This document shows positions 23,596 through 36,696 of a stretch of 64,000 bases of DNA, in pieces; position 1 is the stretch's first letter, and each line of letters starts with the position of its first letter. Origin of the DNA: Piedraia hortae CBS 480.64 (taxonomy: Eukaryota); assembly GCA_010093745.1 (NCBI GenBank), contig MU005963.1, positions 206,217 through 270,216 on the forward strand, written 5' to 3'. The position numbers and the translations under genes were made by a program. The notes beneath the pieces were generated by a model. The model did not search any database and was not told the DNA's origin. It was given only the letters and a program-made list of their open reading frames with translations.

Positions 23596-24279
23596 CTATT
23601 TCATACGCATTGCCTCCATGAATTCCTGTTTGTGTTTAGGGCCAAGGGCGGCAACGGCCTCTTTCATCGTCTCGACTTCCTTTACACCAGGGCTATGCGA
23701 GAAGGTCCACTCGTCTGAACTCTCCAGACGCACCTGGAAGGCTTGCCAATTGAGCTGTTTTAGTTCGCTAACGTGGGCATGGACGAGACGTTGGGGGCCT
23801 GAGAAGACCAGAACGCCTGGATATCCGGGCTTTGTCAACCCCGACACGGTTTCTGGTGCCCAAAGGCATTGTTTGCGCTTGTTGGTATTGAGCAGATGAT
23901 GCAGCCACACAACAACCGTGCAAGATTCTCCATCCTCACCATCATCACACTCCTTAGAAGACACCTCTTGCGTCCTATCTGGCACTTCCAGGTCCTGAAA
24001 AGCAGAAACTATCGAATCCAAAACCTCTTCACCGGGCTGCAATTCAACCATGCGCTGTCTCAACAACTCACGCACATCTGTCTTGTTTATACTCGCCGAC
24101 AAAACAATCGGAAGCGCATGTTCAGGATACGATTCCGGGAGACGGAGGTGGAGAGACGCACCCTGGTCATCCCGCCAACCCACTTCCCCCGCTTTGGGAT
24201 CAAATTGAATTTGATCAGGGTACATGGATTCAAGCAGATCGATTTCAAGTTTGATCCGTTGATGGCCAGGGTCGTCCAT
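23596..24279 (-). CDS. RWD-domain protein (RWDD2/DUF1115-like)
   Basis: EIDLLESMYP and LPESYP (RWD motifs). C-terminal WLHHLL...KRK...SGLTKPGYPGVLVFSG...LKQLNWQ. Confidence 0.8.
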   Translation of the reverse strand: MDDPGHQRIKLEIDLLESMYPDQIQFDPKAGEVGWRDDQGASLHLRLPESYPEHALPIVLSASINKTDVRELLRQRMVELQPGEEVLDSIVSAFQDLEVPDRTQEVSSKECDDGEDGESCTVVVWLHHLLNTNKRKQCLWAPETVSGLTKPGYPGVLVFSGPQRLVHAHVSELKQLNWQAFQVRLESSDEWTFSHSPGVKEVETMKEAVAALGPKHKQEFMEAMRMK

Positions 24280-24389
24280 TGAGTTCTTTCAGCTCGATGA
24301 CGAAACGACGCGTCGCGCGCACAGACTAAAAATTTACGTGACGCATATAAATTGTTGGCCTTGGACGAGCAGCAATACACACTTCAATC

Positions 24390-25575
24390 ATGCCAGCTAC
24401 ACGTTCTTCAGCCCGTCAGGCGTCTGCGAAGAAGGATGATGAGTCTGCGTCTCTGACTCACGGGGTTAAACGTCAGGCAGATGAATCCAGCCCAAAGGCA
24501 CAACGGCCGGCTAAAGCACCCAAGGAACAGGCTACTTTGGAGCAGATGATGCCCAATGATGAGGCCCAGAATGAAGGTGGGACTGGGAAGAAAGAAGCTG
24601 ATGCTGATAGAGGTATGTTCTGATCTAGTTGTGGGCTTGTTTGGCTGATTGGAAGTAGATGTCAGTGGCAAGGATGAGTCCGGAAAGGAAGACACCAAAG
24701 AGGCAGCGATTGAGGAAGATGCCAAGCGCGAAAAGGCGCAGCCAGAGAACGAAATGGAAAAGGGCATCATCTACTTTTTCACGCGTGGTCGCGTTGGCGT
24801 AGAGGATCCAGAGAGCACCCAGGACCTCCAGCGTAGTTTCTTCGTGCTGAGGCCTCTGGCAGCTGGGGGAAAGATTACCGACGGAGCTGTTCAAGACGTT
24901 GGCAATAACCGTCTGTTTGCCCTGCCCAAGAAGGTGTGGCCTAAGAGTGGCAAAGACCGTTTTCTGACGTTTGTTGAGAAGAGCGGCGTGTCCATGGACA
25001 GTCTCCGGGAGGAATTCTTCACCGGCTCTGATTATGACACCAAGACGGTCGGAACGCGCCATACGCCTGGAGCCAGCCCGCTGGGCGAGGGCGTTTACTC
25101 AATAACGTGGACGGGTAGCGGTCGCGCAACAACTCATCTCGCGTATATGCTCACCATCCCAAAGGAGTTGGGTGAGGTGCAGACGGACGTAGGACTTGCC
25201 AAGCACGGCAGCTTTGTTTTGAGCACCAAAAACCCAAAGTCTTCGGGCCCGGCTAACGCTCAGCTGCCGGAGGGAGCCGATTACCCGCAGGAAGTGATGG
25301 ATGAGTTTGGCAGCCGTGGCTGGCTCCCAACGCAGCCCAAGCACTTGGATTATCCCAATGCGCAGATTCTATTGATTGGGGAAAGCTCAGGGCCTGACGC
25401 CCTAGAAGCAGCCAAACATGACCAAAACGATACCAGCATAGAGACGCCGCTGGAAGAGCTGCAGAAGCTGGAGGAAGAGAATCAGCTACGGGTCGAACAT
25501 CTCAAGGGTGATGACACTGTCTTCGAAGATTTGGGGGCATCCGGCAAAGACTATCCGCTCAAGTCGACGTGGTAA
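24390..25575 (+). CDS. Conserved fungal hypothetical protein; intron 24613-24658
   Basis: A 46-nt GTATGT...GCTGAT...TAG intron joins ORF 24390 to ORF 24649-25575 in frame. Globular region EKGIIYFFTRGRVG...HLAYMLTIP...FVLSTKNP. Confidence 0.75.
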
Positions 25576-25930
25576 GTCTCGGTGGCTGCATGTGTCAATG
25601 TCACGTCAGACAGGCGTCAAGGGACAGCTTTAAGACATCGATGTACGACTAGAAGAAGCTTAATGCGAAGGCGTTTCCTCTGCTATATAAAGTGGTCTGG
25701 AGCGCTTCACAGGCGCCGGGGCCCAACTACCCCCCACGTGCTCCTACCCATCCTTACCTATAGCTTGTAGCACCAGCATCCCCAGCTCAGCACGAGAAAA
25801 GCAACCAATACCCGACTGCAGGTACGCTGCCCCCTGTTCTCTTTGAAGCACGTGCGTGGTGGGGCTCATTGTTGGCAGACGCTTCCGGTGACGGCGCCGA
25901 TCATTCCTTCCTCATCCCCCAGCTCCAACC

Positions 25931-27087
<1,157 letters not shown>

Positions 27088-27805
27088 TGGTTTAATGGAA
27101 CGTACATGACTGCTCTGCTGGATGATTTCTTCTTTTTTTTTTTCGAGATTTCGTTGTTTGTAGATGGCAAGGGTATGACAGAACTATACTATGATAACCG
27201 GTTGTTCTTCTCGTGCAGTGACAACCGCCTTTAAGACTTTACTGGTACAAGGTTATGTGATTGCTCAGGTGGATGGGTTGTCTTGTTCTGGTTGGTTTTT
27301 TAGAGGCGAATGGACTGAAACGATGGGACAGGCAGAGAGGACTGCGTGAAGGGTTCCTGCAGGAGCAATCAGCTCCATCCCTTTGTCTGTCGGCCAGTTT
27401 TGGGAAGGTTGGCACTAAGCAGGGACTCTTGCATTAGCCTAGCGTTAGCGCGGCCTGTTTGGGCGCGATTATTTCGATTGACGGTCTGTCCCGCGCTCCC
27501 TTCCGCTCCCTTGCGGCGCTAGAAGGGACCCTGAATCAGTCGGAAAATCAGTCGATACAGACCAAGGGATACATTCACGCCTCCCCATGGCTCTTGTGCG
27601 AATATCGTTGTGGATTTCTCAATAAGATTTTCCTACTAGGAAGTTCGAAAGCGAGGACAGTGACAAAGAAACAAAACACGAAAAGGAGAAAACACAAAAG
27701 GAGAAAACACAAAAGAAAATGCCGCTGCATTTCATACACCCTACCCTACCCCTAAAACTCCACAGAGAGTCACCCACAAAGTATACCCCCAGTGATCCCA
27801 TAATG

Positions 27806-29602
27806 CTAATTCCCCATCTGCTTATAATCCACACTCCGCTGCCTCCTCTGCGGGACTTTATTCTGATTGACCGGCGGACGGAAATATGCCCCTCCTGCTT
27901 GCCAGTTTTGTGGCATATTCATTCCCATTCCCATTTGCATTGGCATACTTCCCATTGGCATACTGCCCATATTTCCCATATTTTGCATGTTGGGCATGTT
28001 TCGCATATTCGGCATTGGCATGTTCTGCATGTTGGGTAGGTTCATGTTCGGAACACCGTACATCATCGGATTCATCATTCCCATCATCATCATCATCGCC
28101 ATGGAATTATTCGCATCCGCGCCGGTACCATTATTGGTTGTACTCGCGGCCATCTGCTCCATCTGTCTCGCGAAGTCGGCGGGGCTGGCTGCGATTTTGA
28201 ATTGGGGGGGTTCTTGCTCTGCTGTGGTTTCTTTCGCCGTTTCCTTTGCCGTTTCCTTCGTCTTGGTTGCTTCCTTTGTCGCTGCAGCTGCTACCGACGA
28301 GGGAGTGGGACTCTTTGCCTTAATTGCAGGATTGGCTGGTTTGCGGTCGTTTTCGAGTTCGTCGTCTGCGGGGCGTTTGCGTTTGCTGCTGCTGGCTGTA
28401 CTCGGCGCTGAAGATTCAGGACTTCCTGGCTCGGGGGTTGATGTTTCTTCAGCCGATGCTGCTGCCGCTGCTGCTGCCTTCGCAGCCGCTTTTTCCGCAC
28501 GGAAAGAGTTGACTTTCTCCTGCGCTTCGAGGTCGTCGACGAGATCGTCTAGGAGTGCCTGTAGACCGCACGAGGGACATTTAAAGCCTTTGTCATAGAG
28601 AGCCATCTCGATGCAGCTGCGGCAATATGTTGTTCCGCAGCAGGTGGTCTTCGTGGCGTGTTCAAAGGCACGGTTGTCGATGGGACAGAGGAGGTTTAGT
28701 TTTTTCAGCTCTTCGGCGTTGGCGGCGGCTTCTTTGGCTTCTTCTTCGCTGGCTTTGTGTTGCTGAATGTACTTTTCCCAAGCTTTAGAGTCGGTTACGG
28801 CAATGACCCATTCGCCTTCGGCGGTGCACATGGCACCTTTGGGAAGTTTTAGAACGTCGATTTGGCCGTCTTCGCCTAGACACTCGGACTGGTCGATTTT
28901 GCGGAGCATGGACTTTGGAATGCCAGTTGTGCGCCGAATTTTTGGACGGCCATCAAAGCTCAAATCACCATTAGTAGGACAGGCTTGGATCCAATGACCC
29001 TTCTTTCCACACCGATAGCAAGTGTAACCTTTGGGAAGTGGTCGATCGGGCACAGCGACCTTGTTCATATTGCTACGTATAACAGGCTTACCCGCTTTTA
29101 AAGCCGCGTCCTGCTTCCATATTTCATCCTGTAAACCGAGTGCGGCTCTCAACTTCTCCTCATCGCTCATGCTAGTTGAGGCAAATGATGTTTGTGGTGG
29201 CGTGACTAGCTGGCCTGATGTCGCCGCCCGACTGGCCTCGACCCTATGCTGGTTCTTGGCATTGACGGGCATCTTACCAGTGACATAGCGAGCGGCCCTG
29301 CCGGCGCCTGGTCGCATAGCTGGCCGACGCTGCGCTATTACAGTACTGGCACGCATAATCTGTGTAGTGTCATCGTCATAAACTGGCAGTGTTAGCACTC
29401 AAAGCGACGGTCATAAGGGGAATGACTTACGTGTCCCATCGTCGGGGTTGCGAATCTCTAGATCAAAGTCGGTCCCGTCGCCGAGGCGCGAGATTGCAAT
29501 TATTTGTCGCTTCACCTCAAATACAGACAGTGTACTCCCGTCAAAGGTGATGGCAAGCGGCTCCTTTTGGGACTTGAAACGGAAGAAGATGCACGAAGAC
29601 AT
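27806..29602 (-). CDS. MPE1: Cleavage/polyadenylation factor Mpe1 (RBBP6-like: DWNN, zinc knuckle, RING-like); intron 29430-29383
   Basis: MSSCIFFRFKSQKEP (DWNN), GYTCYRCGKKGHWIQACPTN knuckle, RTTGIPKS, and CPID...TTCCGTTYC..C...CPSC. Confidence 0.92.
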
Positions 29603-30214
29603 CGCAACAGTATCTCTTTGTATTTGCAAAAGATCTAGCTGAACACAGAGGAATTTGTTCTACCGCGGACTCACGGTGATAGCTACTGTACCAGCGTTGA
29701 ACGACTTTGCGTGAGGACTGTGTGAGGGAAGTGGTCGAGCAAACCGGGGGCGGGAAGAACAAAAGGCTGGTCGCGGAAATGTCTCCGCGACCAATCAGAT
29801 TACTGCCGCTTTATCCGCAAGATGGTCTTGATGACTAATGTCCACGAATAGCCTTTGGCCGAGTCAACGTCAGCTGCTGATATCAAATGCTGATGACATG
29901 CAGATGCATTATCACTCTTTTTGATGACATGCACCGAGGCTGACTTCAGGTGACTTGAGATCCCTGGCTTCTGTCCGGAGTTGACGTGGGGACTTCATGC
30001 TGTGCGATATCATAGTAAGCACTCGGACAATGAGCCGTTGCAGCGTGTATGATTTCGGGATAAGAGTTCACACATTGCAGTACAGATTATTTAGCATCTT
30101 AGTGAGTAACTATGTACAATTTTCACACTTTAGGCAGGCGCATTTACCTTGGTAACCACAACTTCCAGCAGCCTCTTGACAACCCACCTTCCAATCATCA
30201 TTAACGATCCAAGG

Positions 30215-33131
30215 ATGGTCAGCATCAATAGCGAGCATAAGCATCCAGCCTCCGCCGAAGCTAGCAATGCTCGCAACTTAATCAAAAAAGGGTCACGCTT
30301 CTTCTTACGCCGTTCAAAATCAGAAACACAGATTGTTCCTACACCCAATACAAGACTTTCTTCGTCATCTGAAGGGAATCCTCGATCTCCACGTCGTGTT
30401 CTGTTGCTGAAACGTCGTGCCTCAAGGCTGCTATTCCGAGTTCCTTTTTCGAGATGTAAGTGATGCATTGCGTCTTGTTTGGAAACTAAATGTTATAGTC
30501 AAAAAGACGATGCCGGGCTCTGAGGGCGAGTCTTCTACAACGTTACAAAACTCGAGTACTGCAGAATCGAGAAATCAAGACAACACAGTGGCCGAGTCCA
30601 TACAGACGATTCAGCTTGTTGAAAATGATCCAGGGCGGTTTGATGGCGGGAAAAGTGCTGGAACGGGTACTGGTACTGGTACTGGCACTGGCAAATCTGG
30701 CGCAGAACAACCGTCAACATATCTTGTTCGTTCCAGCGTTGCCCATGATGTCAATACTGTTGTTCAGCGGAACAAAAAAGGAGGTCGAGTCGGGATTCCC
30801 TTGGTCGGAAACAGCATCGACAATGTGTTGACTTCACAGAACGTGGACAGCGGTCCCGAGCAAAGCACCGTCTATTCTTCTCCGAATTCTGGCAACAATG
30901 CCTCATCACCTCCTGGTACCCTATCAACAGCAGCAACCTCCCTGACATCCTCCGGTGGGAAACGTGCAGGAGCAGACGAGAAGCGGGTGACGCCACCGGA
31001 AGAAAACCACGATATTTTGACGCCAATTACGGAATTTGAAGGCAAGTACTTTGTGATTCCCGTCCAGGAACCTTTGTCGTATCCCAAACCTTCCATTACC
31101 ACCGTCGAGAGAGCGGCAGCAGCGAAGATTTCTATGGAAACCCACTATTATGAGCTCCTTGCCCCTGTGTCTCATCGAGAAAGGCGACGACAGCAACTTG
31201 AGCATTACATTCGTCAAGCTAGGCTCTCGAAGAAGGAAGTCCTTCAAACCCGGTTCAACTGGTTGCGGGCGGAAAGGGATTATCTTCGTCAATGTCGTGC
31301 ACTCAAGACCAACAGCTCACTCCGACACAACTCCAAAGGCATAAATCTTGCAGGATACCGAAACATGCGGGTGCTCGGAAAGGGCAGCTTTGGCGTTGTC
31401 AGGCTCGTGGCAGAACAACCACATGGCCTCCTCAGCGATGCCTGTCGTCAAACGAACAACGTAAAAGGCAGCAAGGCCGCTGGATTCACAAACCTGGACG
31501 GTACAGCTCAGCAAAATCTCCCCCAGGGCGGCAAAGTGCTACATGATGTCTTTGCCATGAAGGTAATTCGCAAGTCTCAAATGTTGCGGTCCTGTCAAGA
31601 AGGACATTTGCGAGCAGAGAGAGACTTTTTGATTTCTGCAGAGGGCTCTCGCTGGGTGGTGCCTCTAGTGGCCAGTTTCCAGGATAGTGCCAACCTCTAT
31701 CTCATAATGGAATACATGATTGGTGGGGACTTTTTGGGTCTACTGTTCCGAGAAGATGTTTTGGACGAGGAGGTAGCAAGGTACTATGTTGCGGAAATGA
31801 TACTGTGCATTGAAGAGGCACACAAGATGAACTGGATTCATCGAGATGTGAAACCGGACAACTTTCTTATCAGTGCATCAGGACACTTGAAGATTTCAGA
31901 TTTCGGCTTGGCTTTTGACGGCCACTGGGCTCATTGCCAGTCTTACTATTCGGGACAGCGATACAGTCTGCTTGAGAAACTTGGCATCCGCATCACAGGC
32001 GATGAGCAAGACGCCAAGGAGGAGAGGGATCCTAAGACCAAGGTAGAGCTCCGACCAGCACGAGCAGACTACGACGAGGCAGCCATGCCAGATGGTTTAT
32101 TGGAATATCGAAATCGCACCGAACGACGCAAACTTGCCCGCAGCGCCGTGGGTACGAGCCAGTACATGGCACCGGAGGTGATTCAAAGCGAGTTGTACGA
32201 CGGCCGATGTGACTAGTGGAGCATCGGAATCATCTTATACGAGTGTTTGTACGGTCGCACACCTTTTTACCGTGAAACAAGGCATCTGACGAAGCAATGC
32301 ATCGTGGACCATGTCAATACGCTGAACTTTCCCAAAATTGAGCGCTGGTCAAGGCCAACCTCGGAGAAGCGTCGTGCATTGGCTCCTCCCAGCGCGACGG
32401 TCATTGACTTGCTGTGCAAGCTCCTCACCCATAAAGAAGCCCGACTCAGCTCTGCACAGTATCGCCAAGGCGAAGGCAGATGCGTGTTCCCCAATGATGC
32501 AGAGGATATCAAAGCACACCCCTTCTTCCATGACGTGCCGTGGACCCAACTGCATGTTAGCAAACCCCCCTTTGTCCCTCGGGTTCGCCGCAACCAATCC
32601 ATTGCAAAATACTTTGACGATGAAAAAGATATTTTGAGAACCAGCGGTTCAACGATGCTCAGCATCCTCGAAATTGACGATGCCGTTGACTTGGAGCATG
32701 CCAAGGAGCTTTTGGGAGCAAATTACTCTGAATGGCGACGCACCCGTCTCGAAGCAGAGAAACGGGAACTGGGAATGGAGTGCTGCTGCGATGACGAACT
32801 GCAGCGAATCAAAGACCACCTGGGTCCTCTTAACTACGCAAAATGGAAAGCCGAACGCATACTTCAGGTACAAGAGGACATGGTAGATTGGGGAATGGTT
32901 CCTCCTCAGACTGTGGCTGCATCTGCAGCTACGGCGAAACTGCAGCAGGAAAAAAAACCCAGGCCGAGGGATAAGTTGCTCAGAGACCCCATCGTGGGTC
33001 GACAGGTGATGGAAATTCGAAAAAAGGTGGCGTTCTATGGGTATACGTACCGGAGACCTAAAATGGTGACTTCTCTGGAGGGCGGGAAGAAGAAGAGATC
33101 CATTCGACCTGTCATGTCGGAGGTTTTTTGA
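30215..33131 (+). CDS. AGC/NDR-like (Cbk1/Cot1-related, PUK1/stk-21-like) Ser/Thr kinase with one in-frame TAG at 32214-32216; exons 30215-30455 and 30499-33131
   Basis: LGKGSFGVV, FAMKVIRK, HLRAERDFL, IHRDVKPDN, ISDFGL, SAVGTSQYMAPE, then GRCD*WSIGIILYECLYGRTPF and C-terminal FYGYTY. The ORFs on both sides of the TAG share a frame. A 43-nt intron at 30456-30498 restores frame with the first exon. Confidence 0.88.
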
Positions 33132-33248
33132 TTTGGACGAACCTGTGGTACCCATGCATTTACATACCTAGAATATACACCACAGGGAGGAACCATTCAT
33201 CATTCACATCATCAAACACTCACATCACGTCTTGGCATATACACCACT

Positions 33249-34938
33249 CTACAAATCATCCTCATCCTCAACCCTCCTAACCACCAACCCCTCCCCCTCC
33301 AAATACCTCTTCACATCCCCCACCGTGTACTCCCCCCTATGGAAAATCCCCGCCCCCAGCGCAGCATCCACACCCGTTCTGTCAAAAACCTCTTTAAAAT
33401 GCTCCGGTCTCCCCGCACCACTACTCGCTATTACCGGAATCCTTACCCTCCCCTTCACCAACCGCAGCAACTCAAGATCAAACCCCTCATTCGTCCCATC
33501 ACGATCAATACAATTCAACAAAATCTCCCCCGCACCCATCGCCTCAACCGCCTCCGCAAGCTGCACGACATCCAAATCCCTCGTCTCCCTCCCGCCCTTC
33601 GCCGTACACGCGAACCACACGAACCCCTCCCCGTTCGGCCCTTTTTTTTCCGAAGGGATCACAAAATGCTCTGTCTCATCAGGCGAAGCGACCCACACCC
33701 TCTTAGGATCGATCGACACAACAACAGCCTGCGCGCCGTACGCACTACTTATCATTTCAATCGCCGTCTTTCCACTCAACCTTCCCCCAGCGGCATAGTA
33801 CCCCTCCGCCGCATCAACCGCATCAGAGCCAATCGAGACCTTATCCGCCCCGCTTTGGAAATACAGCTTCGCGACCTCCAACGCGGGGACGGTGCGGCTT
33901 GTTTCGGGGTCGAATGTATCCCTTATCCCGCCCCCGATTGTGAGGGGGACGAAAGTCGTTGCGGCGGTTTGACGTAGGATGGTCAGCATGGGTAGGTCAC
34001 GGAGGGGCGTCTCGCGGAAAGAGGTTATGTTTAGGAATGTGATTTCATCCGCGCCTTGGTGGTAGTATTCCTGCGCTTTTGAAATGGGTTTGCCAAGGTT
34101 GCGAATTGAGGCTGTGGGGTTTTTCTCCCGGACGTCGTATTGGTCCCCTTTTGTGACGACAAGGTCGCCGGAGTCGTTGGTGCGTACGTCGAGACAGGCG
34201 ATTATGCGGTTTGTTAAGCCCCGAGGGACGAATTGGGGGTTGGGGGGGTTGGAGGGGTTGGGGGTTCCGGAGAGGAAGGATTTGAGGACCCGCAGGCCGG
34301 CCACGCCGCTTTTTTCGGGATGGAATTGCGTTGCCAGGATGTTGGACTTTGAGATCGCGCCGATGAAGGTCTCCGTGCCGTAGGTTGCGGTTGCGATGCC
34401 CCAGCCTTGGGATTCGAGGGTCCCCGGGTGGTATGGGGCGAAGTAGGAGTGGACGTAGTAGTACTTCGAGGAGGGGCGGAGACCGTACAGCGGAGTGGAA
34501 CTCGTGGCTGAGTTCCAGCCGATGTGGGGGACACTTTTGTCCGTGTTGGTGAAGTGTTGGAGGGTTCCCTTTACGAGGCCTAGGCCGGGGACGGAGGGAT
34601 CCTCCGTTGAGCCTTCGAAGAGGGCTTGGAGACCCACGCAGATGCCCATAAAGGGTTTTCCCGAGGTGATGTGAGCTTTGACTGGTTCGACATAGCCGGC
34701 TTGGGTGAATTGGCTGAGACAGTGGCCGAAGTGGCCTACGCCGGGGAGGATGAGTTTCTGATTTTTTACGTTAGGTGTGAATGTTGGGGGGGGGGTGGGG
34801 TTTTGGATGATGTACTTCAGCTTTGGGGACGTCTTTGGGTGATTTGATCCATTCAACTTCCCATCCGAGTTTTTCGATTGCATTGACGAGAGATCGAATA
34901 TTCCCTGCTGCATAGTCGAGCAGGTGGACTGTAGGCAT
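33249..34938 (-). CDS. HIS7: Imidazole glycerol phosphate synthase HisHF; intron 34815-34758
   Basis: [62 protein letters not shown]...[12 protein letters not shown]. Confidence 0.97.
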
Positions 34939-35031
34939 ATCGGGTGGAATGTTTTCAGAAGTTTGATTTGCCTTTTGCGGACCTGGCTCGTCTGGCCAAT
35001 CAGATGCTTGCGATATAGCGGACGCTAGCGG

Positions 35032-35046
35032 GTGATGAGTCATCAC
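35032..35046. promoter_or_regulatory. Gcn4/CpcA (cross-pathway control) site upstream of HIS7
   Basis: Optimal ATGAGTCAT at 35035-35043 within the pseudo-palindrome GTGATGAGTCATCAC, ~100 bp upstream of the HIS7 ATG. Confidence 0.75.
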
Positions 35047-35093
35047 TAAACCTCACGGGGACGAAAAAATGTTGGGGGTCGACAGCGGAGACA

Positions 35094-35703
35094 ATGGGCC
35101 GCAAGCTAAAGTACCACGAGCAAAAGCTCCTGCGAAAAGTCGATTTTGTTAATTATCCGCGCGATGCTCAACACCGCTCGGCCGAAGTTATTCGTCGTTA
35201 CTCAGTTACCAACGCGGCGGATTACCAGTCCTACAACCGCATCGCTGGAAGTCTGCGCCAATTAGCCCATAAACTGACGCAGTTGCCGCCGGAATCTGAA
35301 TTTAGAAGGAAACATGAAGACCTGCTGCTGGAAAAATTGTTTGATATGGGGCTCTTGAAGACGGGAGGAGGCGGGAAGGGCAAACTAAGCGATGTTGAGC
35401 GTATCAGTGTTTCGGCGTTCTGTAGAAGGAGGTTGGGGGTCGTTATGACAAGACTGAGAATGGCAGAGACTGTCAGTGCGGCGAATAAGTTCATTGAGCA
35501 AGGACATGTCAGAGTCGGGACCGAGGTGGTTACTGATTCGGCGTTTTTGGTGACGAGGTAGGTGGATTTGTGTGTAGTGGATGGTGTTATGCTGACTGGT
35601 GAACAGGAACATGGAAGACTTTGTGACTTGGGTCGACTCATCCAAGATTAAGCGCACCATCATGAAGTATCGCGACAAGCTGGATGATTTTGATCTGCTA
35701 TGA
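35094..35703 (+). CDS. IMP3: U3 snoRNP protein Imp3; intron 35558-35606
   Basis: [18 protein letters not shown]...SAFCRRRL...[10 protein letters not shown]...[33 protein letters not shown]. Confidence 0.97.
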
Positions 35704-35796
35704 GTCGCTTTACAATTAATACATAGAGACGATATGCCCTTAGACGAGCCGCGAGACAGCCGTGCTGCATGGCTGCCCCGAGGCATGTACGATACA

Positions 35797-36399
35797 CTAA
35801 CCACATCTACCATCTTTCCACCCAGTTCTCCACCTTTCTTCCCACAGATTGCAATCAAAAACTTTTTTGCCCAATTTTACATTGACAGCGTTGTGCGCAT
35901 CACACAGCCACTTGCCAAACTCCTCCCGATTACTAACCTTGGGCTCATTTCCCTCCTTCATCCACGCTCTAAAGTCATCGGCACACACCCAGCAAGGGTA
36001 TAGTCGACTAAAGCTGCTCATGAACTGCTTTGCGTCTGACTGCTGCTCGGGAGTTGCATCAGTTGGGTAATTCGCGGCCAGGGAATGGAGGAGCGTCCAG
36101 GTTGCGCGACCCAGTTCTTCAACATCTGCAGGGCAATCTTGGGGCGGTTGAAGAGTAGCAGCAGTCGACATGGGCGCCTTACTGCTACTCGTTTGACGTT
36201 TAGTCATGGCAGCCCAAGAAGCAAAGGAGGTACACGAACGACAGCTGCGACTATCTCAGTACATAAACCCCTCCCATCGACCATGTCCCACGTACGGCTT
36301 CCCATCCGGGCCCAACACAACGCCTTTGGGCAGCTGCTTAGGTTGTTTATCCTCTTCCTCTTTCCTTGTGGACGCCGCTTCTGGTATATCTGAATGCAT
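35797..36399 (-). CDS. ERV1: Mitochondrial FAD-linked sulfhydryl oxidase Erv1; intron 36295-36245
   Basis: VLGPDGKP/CRSC shuttle motif, CPADVEELGRATWTLLH, YPCWVCA, WLCDAHNAVNVKLGK, ERWRTGW. Confidence 0.95.
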
Positions 36400-36696
36400 A
36401 TTTACGGCACAAAAGAATTGCTGAAGGATTGGATACTCGAAGGAATCAACCGTCATGCCTTCGATGCGGTCGATTGAAAGATGAAGTCCATTTGACCTTA
36501 GGGTTAGGACATGCACCTGTCACCAGCTTCCGGCATTCAGCCGACACAAGTGGCATGGCCTTGCATGAGTCAGCAGGGTCCACTCCAGGCTATCATATTT
36601 GATAAAAGGTCGGTGAAAGTGGGTGTCAAGGGAGTTCAAACAAGGAGAGCCTGACTCTTTGTCCAACGCTCTTTTTCTATTTCAGTACTGGCCATC

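Noticed and set aside
32214..32216. Alternative genetic code, programmed readthrough or a hidden intron as explanation for the kinase TAG
   Set aside because: TAG ends MCM4, MSH2, RBL2 and the thioesterase at normal C-termini. The 3' context TGGAGC is not the CARYYA readthrough motif. An intron would remove conserved D-W-W-S-I-G residues.
36498..36508. Telomere-like TTAGGGTTAGG
   Set aside because: Fewer than two full units, so expected by chance.
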